A stretch of 13,175 nucleotides of DNA from assembly GCA_041164285.1 (NCBI GenBank), contig JBEAPS010000259.1, forward strand, positions 1-13,175, given 5' to 3'. The number at the start of each line of letters is the position of its first letter. The first letter of the stretch is position 1. Made by a program: the position numbers and the translations under genes. Of this stretch, positions 1 through 8,088 are shown piece after piece. Source of the DNA: Pseudomonadota bacterium. GTDB lineage: Bacteria > Bdellovibrionota_B > Oligoflexia > Silvanigrellales > Silvanigrellaceae. The notes beneath the pieces are model-generated. The model was not told the origin of the DNA. It did no database searches and was given only the letters and a program-made list of their open reading frames with translations.

Positions 1-250
1 GCAGAATAAAGTCTGCAGACACTTGATCTCTGATTTGATTGAGTTGTTGAAGAAAGCGTATGCCATCTGACCAGGGAGATGCCGTCTGAAAGTACTTTTT
101 GACGTATCGGCTTACTGAAGCAGCCGGAGCGAGGTCACTTCCAACTGCAAAAACATGATAGCCTGAACGACCCAGCGTTCGAATACAGCTCAGGGCGGAA
201 GAGCACTCAGCGTCAGTCACAATTACTACGCTTCTTTCGGGCAATCTCAT
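1..250 (-). CDS. ATP-grasp-like ligase, N-terminal fragment; gene continues beyond the left edge of the window. Not in the supplied ORF track.
   Basis: Minus-strand frame is open from ATG at 250..248 to position 1. Translation: MRLPERSVVIVTDAECSSALSCIRTLGRSGYHVFAVGSDLAPAASVSRYVKKYFQTASPWSDGIRFLQQLNQIRDQVSADFIL. The pattern of short hydrophobic strand, R.LG..G..V..V..D...AP.......D......P......FL..L..I, is typical of the pre-ATP-grasp N-domain. The ATG overlaps the TGA of the upstream deacetylase gene (ATGA at 247..250). The ORF track omitted it because there is no in-window stop. Confidence 0.5.
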   Translation of the reverse strand, partial: MRLPERSVVIVTDAECSSALSCIRTLGRSGYHVFAVGSDLAPAASVSRYVKKYFQTASPWSDGIRFLQQLNQIRDQVSADFIL

Positions 251-1185
251 GCTAACCACCTTTGCCACTTCCATCTGATAGAAGACAAAGGTCTGCTCAA
301 GTCAGTATGCTGACCAATGCAAAACCTTCGAAGCGAGAAGGCGTCTCGGAATGTAAAGTTCCATCCCGGGATAGTGCTCAGCGCGCAGTAAGCTCCTTTT
401 TCAGCAAGAATTTTTTTGCACCGTTCAGAGAAATCGCGCTTCCCACCATTTGGATAAGCGTACAAAAGTGGCCTGTTACTCTGAAGAGAAGCAACAAATT
501 GTAAACTCTTACCTATTTCCAACTTCAATTCACTCTCATCTAACTGCGAATGAATTGAGTGAGTTGCAGAGTGTGCGCCGAAATCAAACACACCGTTGAT
601 CCCAGCATCAGCGCATTGTGAAGGCGAAAGCACCCGAAACTGGTTTGAAACAATCGACTCATCTACCTCCAACCGCCTTAAAAGGTCATCAGTCAACAAT
701 TCAATAGCAGTGGGATGAAGGGAACGAAGAGCGTTCTGAATGAGCTCACTCGCTAGAGCACGTTCAGTAAGATCCGTTATTGGAAAGTGTCTACCCAAAA
801 AATCAAAGTGAGTGCGTTGTGAATTGCTCAGCGCTCCGATCACCTTGGTGTACCAAAGCATTTCACCAGTACTTGATATTTCAGAGGGCATGAAGATTGT
901 TGCCCGAATCCTATGTTCTGATAAGATGTCGCTGCCTAGTTCCACGACTGATGAAAGCCCGTCATCAAAGGTTATCGCCACAGAAGGTCTTTCTAGAGTT
1001 CCATTCGAGAGGGCAGAGAGTCCATCCTGCAACCCAATGAGTGACCAACCCATTTTGCAAACCATCGAAAGGTCAAAATGAAGTTTTGCAGGAGTGACAA
1101 AACAAAAGTCATTAAGAACACTTCGAGTTTCATTGACCAAACCATGGTACGCAAATATGACCAAAGGATTTTTCGTTAACTTCAT
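247..1185 (-). CDS. Polysaccharide deacetylase, CE4/NodB-homology family, with no signal peptide (predicted cytoplasmic)
   Basis: 312-aa ORF with NodB motifs in canonical order: ITFDDG (Asp-Asp metal/catalytic motif), HSATHSIH (H-[ST]-x-x-H), and RPLLYAYPNGG (R-P-x-Y-type motif 3). SD-like AGGAGA 6 nt upstream of ATG at 1185. The N-terminus MKLTKNPLVIFAYHG is not signal-like. Confidence 0.85.
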   Translation of the reverse strand: MKLTKNPLVIFAYHGLVNETRSVLNDFCFVTPAKLHFDLSMVCKMGWSLIGLQDGLSALSNGTLERPSVAITFDDGLSSVVELGSDILSEHRIRATIFMPSEISSTGEMLWYTKVIGALSNSQRTHFDFLGRHFPITDLTERALASELIQNALRSLHPTAIELLTDDLLRRLEVDESIVSNQFRVLSPSQCADAGINGVFDFGAHSATHSIHSQLDESELKLEIGKSLQFVASLQSNRPLLYAYPNGGKRDFSERCKKILAEKGAYCALSTIPGWNFTFRDAFSLRRFCIGQHTDLSRPLSSIRWKWQRWLA

Positions 1186-1200
1186 CAGGTTTCTCCTAAG

Positions 1201-3360
1201 TTAACTTATGCATGTCAAAGTAAAGACAATTCCTGCGACAATGAGCGCTTGAAACCTAGTGTTAAAAGAGTTTGCAAAGAACTTGATCAAATCAATATTG
1301 AGTCTTCTGAGTTCAGTAATAAGCATTCCAAAACGAAGAACGAGCATTCCTAGAACGCTTGCAACCACAGCGCCCTCTGCCGAGAAGTTCTTAAAGCCAA
1401 AAATCACACACGAACAAAGCAAGACGCAACTCACGAATCCGAACGCAAGTATCCTCGATGATTTTCCTTGTGCACGTGCGAAAATATCTGCAGGAATGCA
1501 GGCGCCAATATTCAGTGCTAAGTAGGTTGTTAGGAAAAATACTGAACGATGATATTTCTCACCAAAAAGTAGCTGAATAATTTCTTCTGAGCAGAACATT
1601 AATGCGGCAGTCACAGGGATAACTATATTCGAGACACGACGAACGGCGCGCGCGACCATATCTCTGGAATGATCAAGCTGACCATTCCGCAGTGCAGTTG
1701 CCAAAGGTGCAAGTATGCGCTGGAATACTGACTGCTCCAGATACCCAACCAAGGGCAACGGAAGCAAGCCGGCAACAACAATAGCAAACTGCTCTCCTGA
1801 CAACATGCGGCTAAGATAAAATCGATCGAACATTACGGAGAAAGTAAACATCGCTGCAGCAAAACAAATTGGGAGCGCCTCCCGAAAAATAGCTAGCATG
1901 TTGTTCAAATTGAGTGGCTCAAACCTAATGAGTTTAAGGCGAGCGTTTACCAGAATCATAATAAGAAATCTTAAGAAAATGAAAATGCATATCAATGAAA
2001 AGACGGATCCAAAATTTTGAAGCGCGATTGTCACAGCAACAATCGATATTAATTTGGATACTTCAATCATTGAGACAAGAAATGAGCCTAAAAATGCACG
2101 ATTAGAGATTGCAAGGTTTTGTTCCAAAAACATAGACGGGATAAGAACTATGATTGATAGTGAAAGGATCATATTGTCTTTTAATGATTCTCTGTCGGAC
2201 CCCATCGGTGAGATAAAATAGATAAAAACAGCAAAAAGCATTGCGAAGTAGTTATTTAAATTAAATGCAACTGTCGGTTTGCTTGCCGCGTTCACACCAT
2301 TTGATTTCCAAAACGGGAGCAAGCTCCAGAAGCCAGAGGTCAAGCTAAGACTTCCTGCAGAGGAAAGATAAAAACCAAACGTTCGGTAGTCAGAGAATTG
2401 CTCTTTGGTCCCAAGCCTTGCGAGAATAACGGGGGTAAGCAGGCCTAAGAATGCTACACATGTTTGCATAACTGCCTGAAGCGCCGGCATATGCTCTAGC
2501 TCGTTCGTTTTTCGAAGTATCTTTGCAAATAAATAGTCTGCAACGTGTCGAACGAGGCTGTTGAACCAATGCAAGAGGAGAAGTGGTCGCACTCTCACAA
2601 GCTCAAATCCAGACCGAGCCAACACTTCGACAGCTCCCCGCTTCAAGAGGAGCGCATGTTGATGAGACGCGAGAGAGTCGCTCTGACCTAGACGCCACAT
2701 ATAGGTCTCTCTGAGCGACAAAGTCGCGGGGGAGCTCCTCACAAGACGCAAAAGAAAATCCATGTCCTCGCATCGCCAGAGGCACTCATTGAAGCCACCA
2801 TGTTTGAGGAATGCATCTTTACGAATGAACAGTCCAGAAGGTTGAAGCCAGTTGCCCATCAATGCTTGTTTTTTTGCGTCCCCATGCCAAACTACTTGCG
2901 GTGCTTGAAGAGGAAATAGGTTCCTGAACCTTGACGAACTTCTCTTAAAGACTGGAAAAGCACCGATAAAGCCCTGTGGATCCGCGTAGGGGTTCAATAG
3001 AGCATCTGTAAGGATTGAGTTAGCAAGAATCCATTCAACATTTGAATTTTTCTCTTTGACTTCCTGCAGAGTCGCGAGATGATCTGGCAGCCAGACATCG
3101 TCTGAATCGATAAAAGCAATCCACTCTGACGAACATTTATCCACACCGAGATTACGTGCCCTGGAGGGACCACCTCTGCGACAGTTGAGGAGTATGATGT
3201 CACTCTGACTCCTGCACCACAACACTGTGCCATCGGTCGAGCCGTCGTCGACAACAACAATTTCTCTCGGCGTGAAACTCTGACGCCTTACTGAGTGAAT
3301 GCATTGCTTGAGAAGTCCCAATCTGTTGTATGTCGGAATGACCACAGAAACTTCATTCAT
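1201..3360 (-). CDS. Fusion protein: N-terminal family-2 glycosyltransferase (about aa 1-270, nt ~3360-2550) plus C-terminal 12-14-TM MOP/Wzx-like polysaccharide flippase domain (about aa 280-719, nt ~2520-1201)
   Basis: N-terminus VSVVIPTYNRLGLLKQCIHSVRRQSF...IVVVDDGSTDGT...IAFIDSDDVW is a classic GT2 (GT-A) signature with DxD. The C-terminal about 440 aa contains roughly 13 hydrophobic helices (for example FAMLFAVFIYFISPM, VFSLICIFIFLRFLIMILV, FAIVVAGLLPLPLVGYL, ILAFGFVSCVLLCSCVIFGF), resembling Wzx/PST-family polysaccharide biosynthesis proteins. RBS GAGGGA lies upstream of ATG at 3360. There is a 7-nt gap to the upstream gene. Confidence 0.8.
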   Translation of the reverse strand: MNEVSVVIPTYNRLGLLKQCIHSVRRQSFTPREIVVVDDGSTDGTVLWCRSQSDIILLNCRRGGPSRARNLGVDKCSSEWIAFIDSDDVWLPDHLATLQEVKEKNSNVEWILANSILTDALLNPYADPQGFIGAFPVFKRSSSRFRNLFPLQAPQVVWHGDAKKQALMGNWLQPSGLFIRKDAFLKHGGFNECLWRCEDMDFLLRLVRSSPATLSLRETYMWRLGQSDSLASHQHALLLKRGAVEVLARSGFELVRVRPLLLLHWFNSLVRHVADYLFAKILRKTNELEHMPALQAVMQTCVAFLGLLTPVILARLGTKEQFSDYRTFGFYLSSAGSLSLTSGFWSLLPFWKSNGVNAASKPTVAFNLNNYFAMLFAVFIYFISPMGSDRESLKDNMILSLSIIVLIPSMFLEQNLAISNRAFLGSFLVSMIEVSKLISIVAVTIALQNFGSVFSLICIFIFLRFLIMILVNARLKLIRFEPLNLNNMLAIFREALPICFAAAMFTFSVMFDRFYLSRMLSGEQFAIVVAGLLPLPLVGYLEQSVFQRILAPLATALRNGQLDHSRDMVARAVRRVSNIVIPVTAALMFCSEEIIQLLFGEKYHRSVFFLTTYLALNIGACIPADIFARAQGKSSRILAFGFVSCVLLCSCVIFGFKNFSAEGAVVASVLGMLVLRFGMLITELRRLNIDLIKFFANSFNTRFQALIVAGIVFTLTCIS

Positions 3361-3367
3361 GAGTCCC

Positions 3368-6181
3368 TCAGTCGCTGGTTGGGTTCCTCAGCTTTCCTTC
3401 CATCACACATTTAATCAGATCCGCTCTTGCAGACTGGTATTTACGGGGTTCTCGAGCCCAATTGACTCCATCAGTGACAAGTAAGTTCTCCGACTTTGTC
3501 TTTGCAAGACAAACAGGATTTAACTGACGAGCCCAATTTATGTACTCAGCATCAAATGAACCTTGCTTCCAGAACTTCATTCTGAGCGATGGAACTGGAG
3601 TATGGTCTTGCAACCCATAATTCCCAGGACGCCCGGGATAAAACAATGTTCCATCACCATTTCCCGTGAAATCGTAAAGATCTTTCCAAGGATCCTGTGT
3701 TTTGGCTTTTCTCCAGACGTTATTCACACTGTAATAAAGCACGGTTGATAGTTGATATTCATCAGCCATCCAAGGCCACACTCGAATGTAGGCCGCGTTT
3801 CTCTCAATCACGAAATCTGGCTCACCACTCGAGTCGAGCGACCCACAGCCATGGCTCATACAACTGACGTAGCTCCAAAGCTCGCGTTCTTCTGAAAAAC
3901 TAGGTTTGCCTTCTCTCACGAGTGTCTGCAAAAGAGGTGCAAATATATCGATATTTTCCTGCAAGCTTTTCCATGGGTACACTGTCACGAGGGAACTCAC
4001 GCTGGGAGCTGAAGCTTTGACGTCTGACGCTGCCTTATACAACATCATAAAGTCCTCTTGAACCGGCTCGTCCCACAGATAAACAAATGGTCGACTCCTC
4101 ATTCTTTCAATCAATCCATTCTCGATTGTGTCATCACTCGTTGCATCAAGGTAATCCTGCCATCTCTTCCAGTAGGAACGCCTTTCGTCTGAAGACGGAC
4201 TGTCAATGCGCGGAAGATCGACCCGCGCCCACGGGGGTAAAAAATCAATTACTGTTCTTAAAATTGACATTTCGAGACTCGGGTATCTACTGAGCAAAAC
4301 ATGTGCATCGCTGCGCTCTGCCAGTGTTTGAAATGGGTGCTTAATCCAAGCCTTGAGGGGAAGAATTCTATTTTCGATCATCTCTTTAATGTATTGTTTG
4401 GTCAGTGAAGCCTCCTCTCTGCCTGACTGACCATAATGCGCGAGCGATGCAAAGAATGGAGTAAACTCAGCCCTCATAGGCAGGGTCCACTTGTCGGGCA
4501 TTTCGAGTGGCAGAATATCGACCTTCAATTTCCAGGCCGGATTTATAACCTTAGCCGAGTCAATTGAATTGCCTGGATCATACATTAGATTCTGAAGAAA
4601 TCCTGAAACAGAACCTGGTTGTGCGGATCTACCTGCGGTTATCTCAGTGAAAAGCCACTCAAAAGAAGACGGATCTTCGTCGTGGCAGGGTGTCACAGCT
4701 GAGATTGGCACAAGAGCATCAATGTATTTTCCCGGTAACACACCTTCGTATGAAGGTTTCGTCACAGGAATACCAACGCCACCATACCACCTCAAACTAA
4801 GTCCGGCAGCTTTGAGGTTGGCACTTAGAATTGGCAAACTTCCACACCACGAATTAGTCTTTAGAGTGAGTAATGTGCTCTCGCCACGCGCAAGCTCCAA
4901 GCTGACTTCACTTTGCCAGTCTGTCGAACGGATATACTCAGGACGTTCCACCAGGCTTGTGAGTTGTACCCGCCCAACATCAGCGAAGCTCTTTAATGGA
5001 ACTGCTTTATTTAGTATAAAAACAGCAAGAATCATAAGAATTGATTTGTATTTAATGGTATAGTTTTTGACCATTTCCCGAAATGAATACTGAGCTCGAA
5101 ATTGCTCTCTCTGATTCCATTCATTTTTTCTGTCATTTTTTTTCGAGGCCTGCTCCAAAAACTTTTGAAGCATAAACGGGTCTGATGCTGAGCTGTTTGC
5201 TGGCAGGAAGCTCGCCCATGATTTAAGCTCACTGTGCCCAGGGATATCAGACAACAGAGCTGGCAGACCGAAGCCAATTGCTTCATATACTGCCAGTGGC
5301 ATTCCTTCTTCCTCGGACAGTGAGACAAACGCATCACACGCTTGATAAAAAAGATTGGGCACATCTGTGGCACCAAGGAACACAGGTGAAGCAACACCCC
5401 GCTGTGTCAGTGAGTTCAGTTCGCTCAAATAGTGCTCGTCGTTGATTGGCCCCACAAGAAGTACGCGCCACGCCTCTTGGGTTCTCTCCGGCAACTGTTG
5501 CCAGGCTCTCATGAGACGGTCAATTCCTTTTCCAGGAACTATTCTCCCCATGAATATCAGCAAATGCTGTTGCTTTTCTGCCTCTCTGATCCTGAACTCA
5601 TATGCCGAAGGGTATCGCCTGCTCAGAGCTTCACGAGCTGAAGCTGAGGATACGAATTGCGACGGAAACGCAACACCATTTGACACTACCGCCAATTTCT
5701 TTTCCGGAATGCCAAGTTGCCGATAGACCTCCTGCACTCTCCGAGAAACACTGCATATTATATTTGCAAATCGCGGAAAAAAGTTCTCATAAAGAAAGTA
5801 TCGAAATTTGCCTTTGCGCAGGTGAACAAAACTATGTTGTGTATGAATAATTTTCACTTTGCCCAAAAGCAGAAACGATATTATGACGGCATATATGAGT
5901 GCTCCCAGGTCGTGCGAGTGAATAATTTCAATCTTTTTTTGGCGGACTATCTCAAAGAGATAAAATAATGTTCGGAAGGAAAATCCGTTCAACTTTTGCC
6001 AAGAATAGACACTCACTCCATGCGCATGAAGCTCATTACAGAATGTCGAACTCAGTCCGTTCTTTTCATAAACTGCGACTGATGATTGATTTCCACGTAA
6101 TGCGAGCCCCGCTGCAAGGTTAGTCACACAACGTTCGAGCCCCCCTAACGCGAGATATTGAGTGATTTGCAAAACCCTCAT
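3368..6181 (-). CDS. Fusion protein: N-terminal GT4 (GT-B) glycosyltransferase (aa 1-~370), single TM helix (aa ~378-394, nt ~5047-4999), C-terminal about 540-aa extracytoplasmic glycoside-hydrolase-like domain (nt ~4980-3368)
   Basis: 937-aa ORF. N-terminal MRVLQITQYLALGGLERCV plus EX7E motif (EEEGMPLAVYEAIGFGLPALLSDIPG) are diagnostic of retaining GT4 enzymes. A TM segment KSILMILAVFILNKAV follows. The C-domain is rich in W/Y/D/E, with LWDEP (adjacent Asp-Glu) and NGDGTLFYPGRPG motifs. These are reminiscent of DUF4091/GH123-like or other TIM-barrel glycosidase folds, recalled from memory and not verified. The start ATG overlaps the upstream stop (ATGA at 6178..6181). Confidence 0.8.
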   Translation of the reverse strand: MRVLQITQYLALGGLERCVTNLAAGLALRGNQSSVAVYEKNGLSSTFCNELHAHGVSVYSWQKLNGFSFRTLFYLFEIVRQKKIEIIHSHDLGALIYAVIISFLLLGKVKIIHTQHSFVHLRKGKFRYFLYENFFPRFANIICSVSRRVQEVYRQLGIPEKKLAVVSNGVAFPSQFVSSASAREALSRRYPSAYEFRIREAEKQQHLLIFMGRIVPGKGIDRLMRAWQQLPERTQEAWRVLLVGPINDEHYLSELNSLTQRGVASPVFLGATDVPNLFYQACDAFVSLSEEEGMPLAVYEAIGFGLPALLSDIPGHSELKSWASFLPANSSASDPFMLQKFLEQASKKNDRKNEWNQREQFRAQYSFREMVKNYTIKYKSILMILAVFILNKAVPLKSFADVGRVQLTSLVERPEYIRSTDWQSEVSLELARGESTLLTLKTNSWCGSLPILSANLKAAGLSLRWYGGVGIPVTKPSYEGVLPGKYIDALVPISAVTPCHDEDPSSFEWLFTEITAGRSAQPGSVSGFLQNLMYDPGNSIDSAKVINPAWKLKVDILPLEMPDKWTLPMRAEFTPFFASLAHYGQSGREEASLTKQYIKEMIENRILPLKAWIKHPFQTLAERSDAHVLLSRYPSLEMSILRTVIDFLPPWARVDLPRIDSPSSDERRSYWKRWQDYLDATSDDTIENGLIERMRSRPFVYLWDEPVQEDFMMLYKAASDVKASAPSVSSLVTVYPWKSLQENIDIFAPLLQTLVREGKPSFSEERELWSYVSCMSHGCGSLDSSGEPDFVIERNAAYIRVWPWMADEYQLSTVLYYSVNNVWRKAKTQDPWKDLYDFTGNGDGTLFYPGRPGNYGLQDHTPVPSLRMKFWKQGSFDAEYINWARQLNPVCLAKTKSENLLVTDGVNWAREPRKYQSARADLIKCVMEGKLRNPTSD

Positions 6182-6918
6182 GACACACTCACCGGATCTG
6201 TGAGCGACTTAATCACACGTGCAGGGTTCCCAGCGAGTATGCATCGGTCTGGATAAATCCCGGCAGTTACCACTGCACCACTGGCTACAATACTGCCATG
6301 GCCGATCTGTGCCCCTTTCAGAACGATTGCTCCAGAGCCAATCCAAACATCGTCACCTATGACAATGGGCGCAGACGGTGGCATCCACCTCTGCAAGACA
6401 TCTTCGTTCTCTTGGGGAGCCGTGTTTGAAAGTCTGGGGTAAAATCTGCGACAAATTCTTTTTACCTGCTCAGCCCGTATTTCTGGCAAGGTTGGATGTG
6501 AATCATAGTCCTGTAGAAATACATTCCAGCTCAGCAATGCACGGTGCCCAATGGATATTTTCTCACGGGCAGAAATCCTACAGTCCCCAAGAACGGCACA
6601 TTCCCCAATACGAACAACTCCCTTACCTACAACCTCTAGCCGCGCATTTTCGAAAACAATGGAGTGATTCCCGATTTCAATTCGTGCTTCATCGCTGTAA
6701 ATTTGAATCGTCCGAGCATTCTGTATACGAACATTCTCTCCCAATCTCAGGTTGCGCCTGTATGACATTGCCCTTCGGATATAGTGTGATGAAAAATAGA
6801 ATGAAATATAATTCCGAAACATAGAAAATACTTGCATTCGATGAGACTTCATCGCTTTGAAAACGAGTTGAATGAAATGCCAGCGGCCTTGTTGTGAGGT
6901 TTCCCTTACTACTTCCAT
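6178..6918 (-). CDS. Hexapeptide-repeat (left-handed beta-helix) acyl/acetyltransferase, probable sugar O-acetyltransferase
   Basis: Imperfect [LIV]-G-x-x-x-x hexapeptide repeats throughout (IGNHSIVFENARLEVVGKGVVRIGECAVLGDCRIS; IGDDVWIGSGAIVLKGAQIGHGSIVASGAVVTAGIYPDRCILAGNPARVIK), as in LacA/WcaF/CysE-type transferases. The longest ORF starts at GTG 6942 and overlaps the upstream gene by 34 nt. An in-frame ATG at 6918 is preceded by AAGGAGAGGAGG and sits 4 nt after the upstream stop, so it is the preferred start. Confidence 0.8.
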   Translation of the reverse strand: MEVVRETSQQGRWHFIQLVFKAMKSHRMQVFSMFRNYISFYFSSHYIRRAMSYRRNLRLGENVRIQNARTIQIYSDEARIEIGNHSIVFENARLEVVGKGVVRIGECAVLGDCRISAREKISIGHRALLSWNVFLQDYDSHPTLPEIRAEQVKRICRRFYPRLSNTAPQENEDVLQRWMPPSAPIVIGDDVWIGSGAIVLKGAQIGHGSIVASGAVVTAGIYPDRCILAGNPARVIKSLTDPVSVS

Positions 6919-8030
6919 AGCACCTCCTCTCCTTGATCCCACGGACCAACGAGTAGGGAGCGAATCGCTTTCAGCGACGAATTAAAACTGGGTATTTTTT
7001 GCGCATATCTCAGAGCAATAACAAACAGTACAATCACAATAAGTATTCGAATCCACATTTCACCCGAACCATACTCAATAGCAAACAGTGAAAGCGATAG
7101 GCCAAGAAAGATTGGTACAAGTACCCAAAGCAATCGAAAAAAACGACGCAGTGAAAGAACAAAGACGGACTTGTTCCAGAACCACAGAAATGGCAACAAA
7201 CTTGCCATCCATTGAAGGTTGCCTTTACTCACACGCAATCGAGCGGCTTGCTCATTTAAATCCGATCTTCCCGCATGGTCACAGACGCAGAAACCCATCT
7301 TCTTATTGCGGCTGTATATAATGCGCTGGTTCGGATTGAGGGCCCTCATCACGAGTGGCAAAACGACGTCGTCGTTGATCCACTTCCGTCCCGCCAGAAA
7401 CCTCAAGGCAGTTTTCAAATAGTCGGTTCTATACAGGATAGTTGCTCCATGCACAGAGATTGGACCGCCTGCAACATTCTCAATGGATTTTATGAAAGCT
7501 TCCAGGGACCAAAACCATTTGCTCAGAAAACCAGATTTCCAAGTCGAGTAAGTTGGAGAGAAACCAACAACATCCGCAGATGCCAGATAGGAAATTGCGT
7601 TCCTCAATAACCTTTTATCCCAAACAACTCCACAATCGACCAAAGCAATCCACTGCCCCCGAGATTCCGAGGCCAGTGCATGGATGACCTTCCACTTAGA
7701 CCTAAATTTAAAATTTACGACATGTGCACCATATAATTTTGCATCGTCAGCGCTGCCATCGGTGCAGTCGTCGAGTCCACAAATCACCTGAACTGAAATT
7801 TCTGGAAATAGAAATTGCAAATGATCGACTGCCTCGAAAACACTTTGCAGGGTAAGTCTGAGACGCCCCTCCTCGTTGTGACAGGGAATTAAGACATCAA
7901 TTGAATGTGGTAAGTCTGAGGGTTGTGAATTCATTTTTTTAGCAGGACTCAACAGCGCGACAATAACAGGAAACGCAAAAAGAGAGACGAGAAGCAGAAT
8001 CGCTGCTAAAACCGCTGGCATCAACCACAT
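6909..8030 (-). CDS. Integral-membrane family-2 glycosyltransferase with synthase-like topology (N-terminal TM, GT-A domain, 2-3 C-terminal TMs)
   Basis: 373 aa. N-terminal helix MWLMPAVLAAILLLVSLFAFPVIVALL. GT2 core IDVLIPCHNEEGRL...GLDDCTDGS...ALVDCGVVWDK. C-terminal hydrophobic helices LLPFLWFWNKSVFVLSL, LLWVLVPIFLGLSLSLFAI and IRILIVIVLFVIAL. A GGGGGA SD lies 5 nt before ATG at 8030. No clean QxxRW motif was seen. Confidence 0.8.
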   Translation of the reverse strand: MWLMPAVLAAILLLVSLFAFPVIVALLSPAKKMNSQPSDLPHSIDVLIPCHNEEGRLRLTLQSVFEAVDHLQFLFPEISVQVICGLDDCTDGSADDAKLYGAHVVNFKFRSKWKVIHALASESRGQWIALVDCGVVWDKRLLRNAISYLASADVVGFSPTYSTWKSGFLSKWFWSLEAFIKSIENVAGGPISVHGATILYRTDYLKTALRFLAGRKWINDDVVLPLVMRALNPNQRIIYSRNKKMGFCVCDHAGRSDLNEQAARLRVSKGNLQWMASLLPFLWFWNKSVFVLSLRRFFRLLWVLVPIFLGLSLSLFAIEYGSGEMWIRILIVIVLFVIALRYAQKIPSFNSSLKAIRSLLVGPWDQGEEVLWK

Positions 8031-8088
8031 CGTGTCCCCCAGTCAGAATTGATCAGTCTCTTCATTTGGCAACAATTGCCACGTATGC

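Noticed and set aside
262-1081. Plus-strand ORFs 262..504 and 812..1081 antisense to the deacetylase gene
   Set aside because: They lie entirely inside a well-supported minus-strand CDS, have no SD, and their products are Ser/Arg-rich and low-complexity. They are shadow ORFs.
1259-5968. Multiple 60-140-aa ORFs on both strands inside the two large fusion genes (for example 1259..1525+, 2603..2785-, 2994..3260-, 4647..5063+, 5032..5397-, 5442..5850+)
   Set aside because: They are all embedded in or out of frame with long, motif-supported CDSs. None has a convincing RBS or a recognisable protein signature.
6909-8030. Looked for the QxxRW processive-synthase motif in the membrane GT2
   Set aside because: Only an approximate QAARLR/NLQW is present. 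I cannot assert processivity from sequence alone and have left it as an open question.
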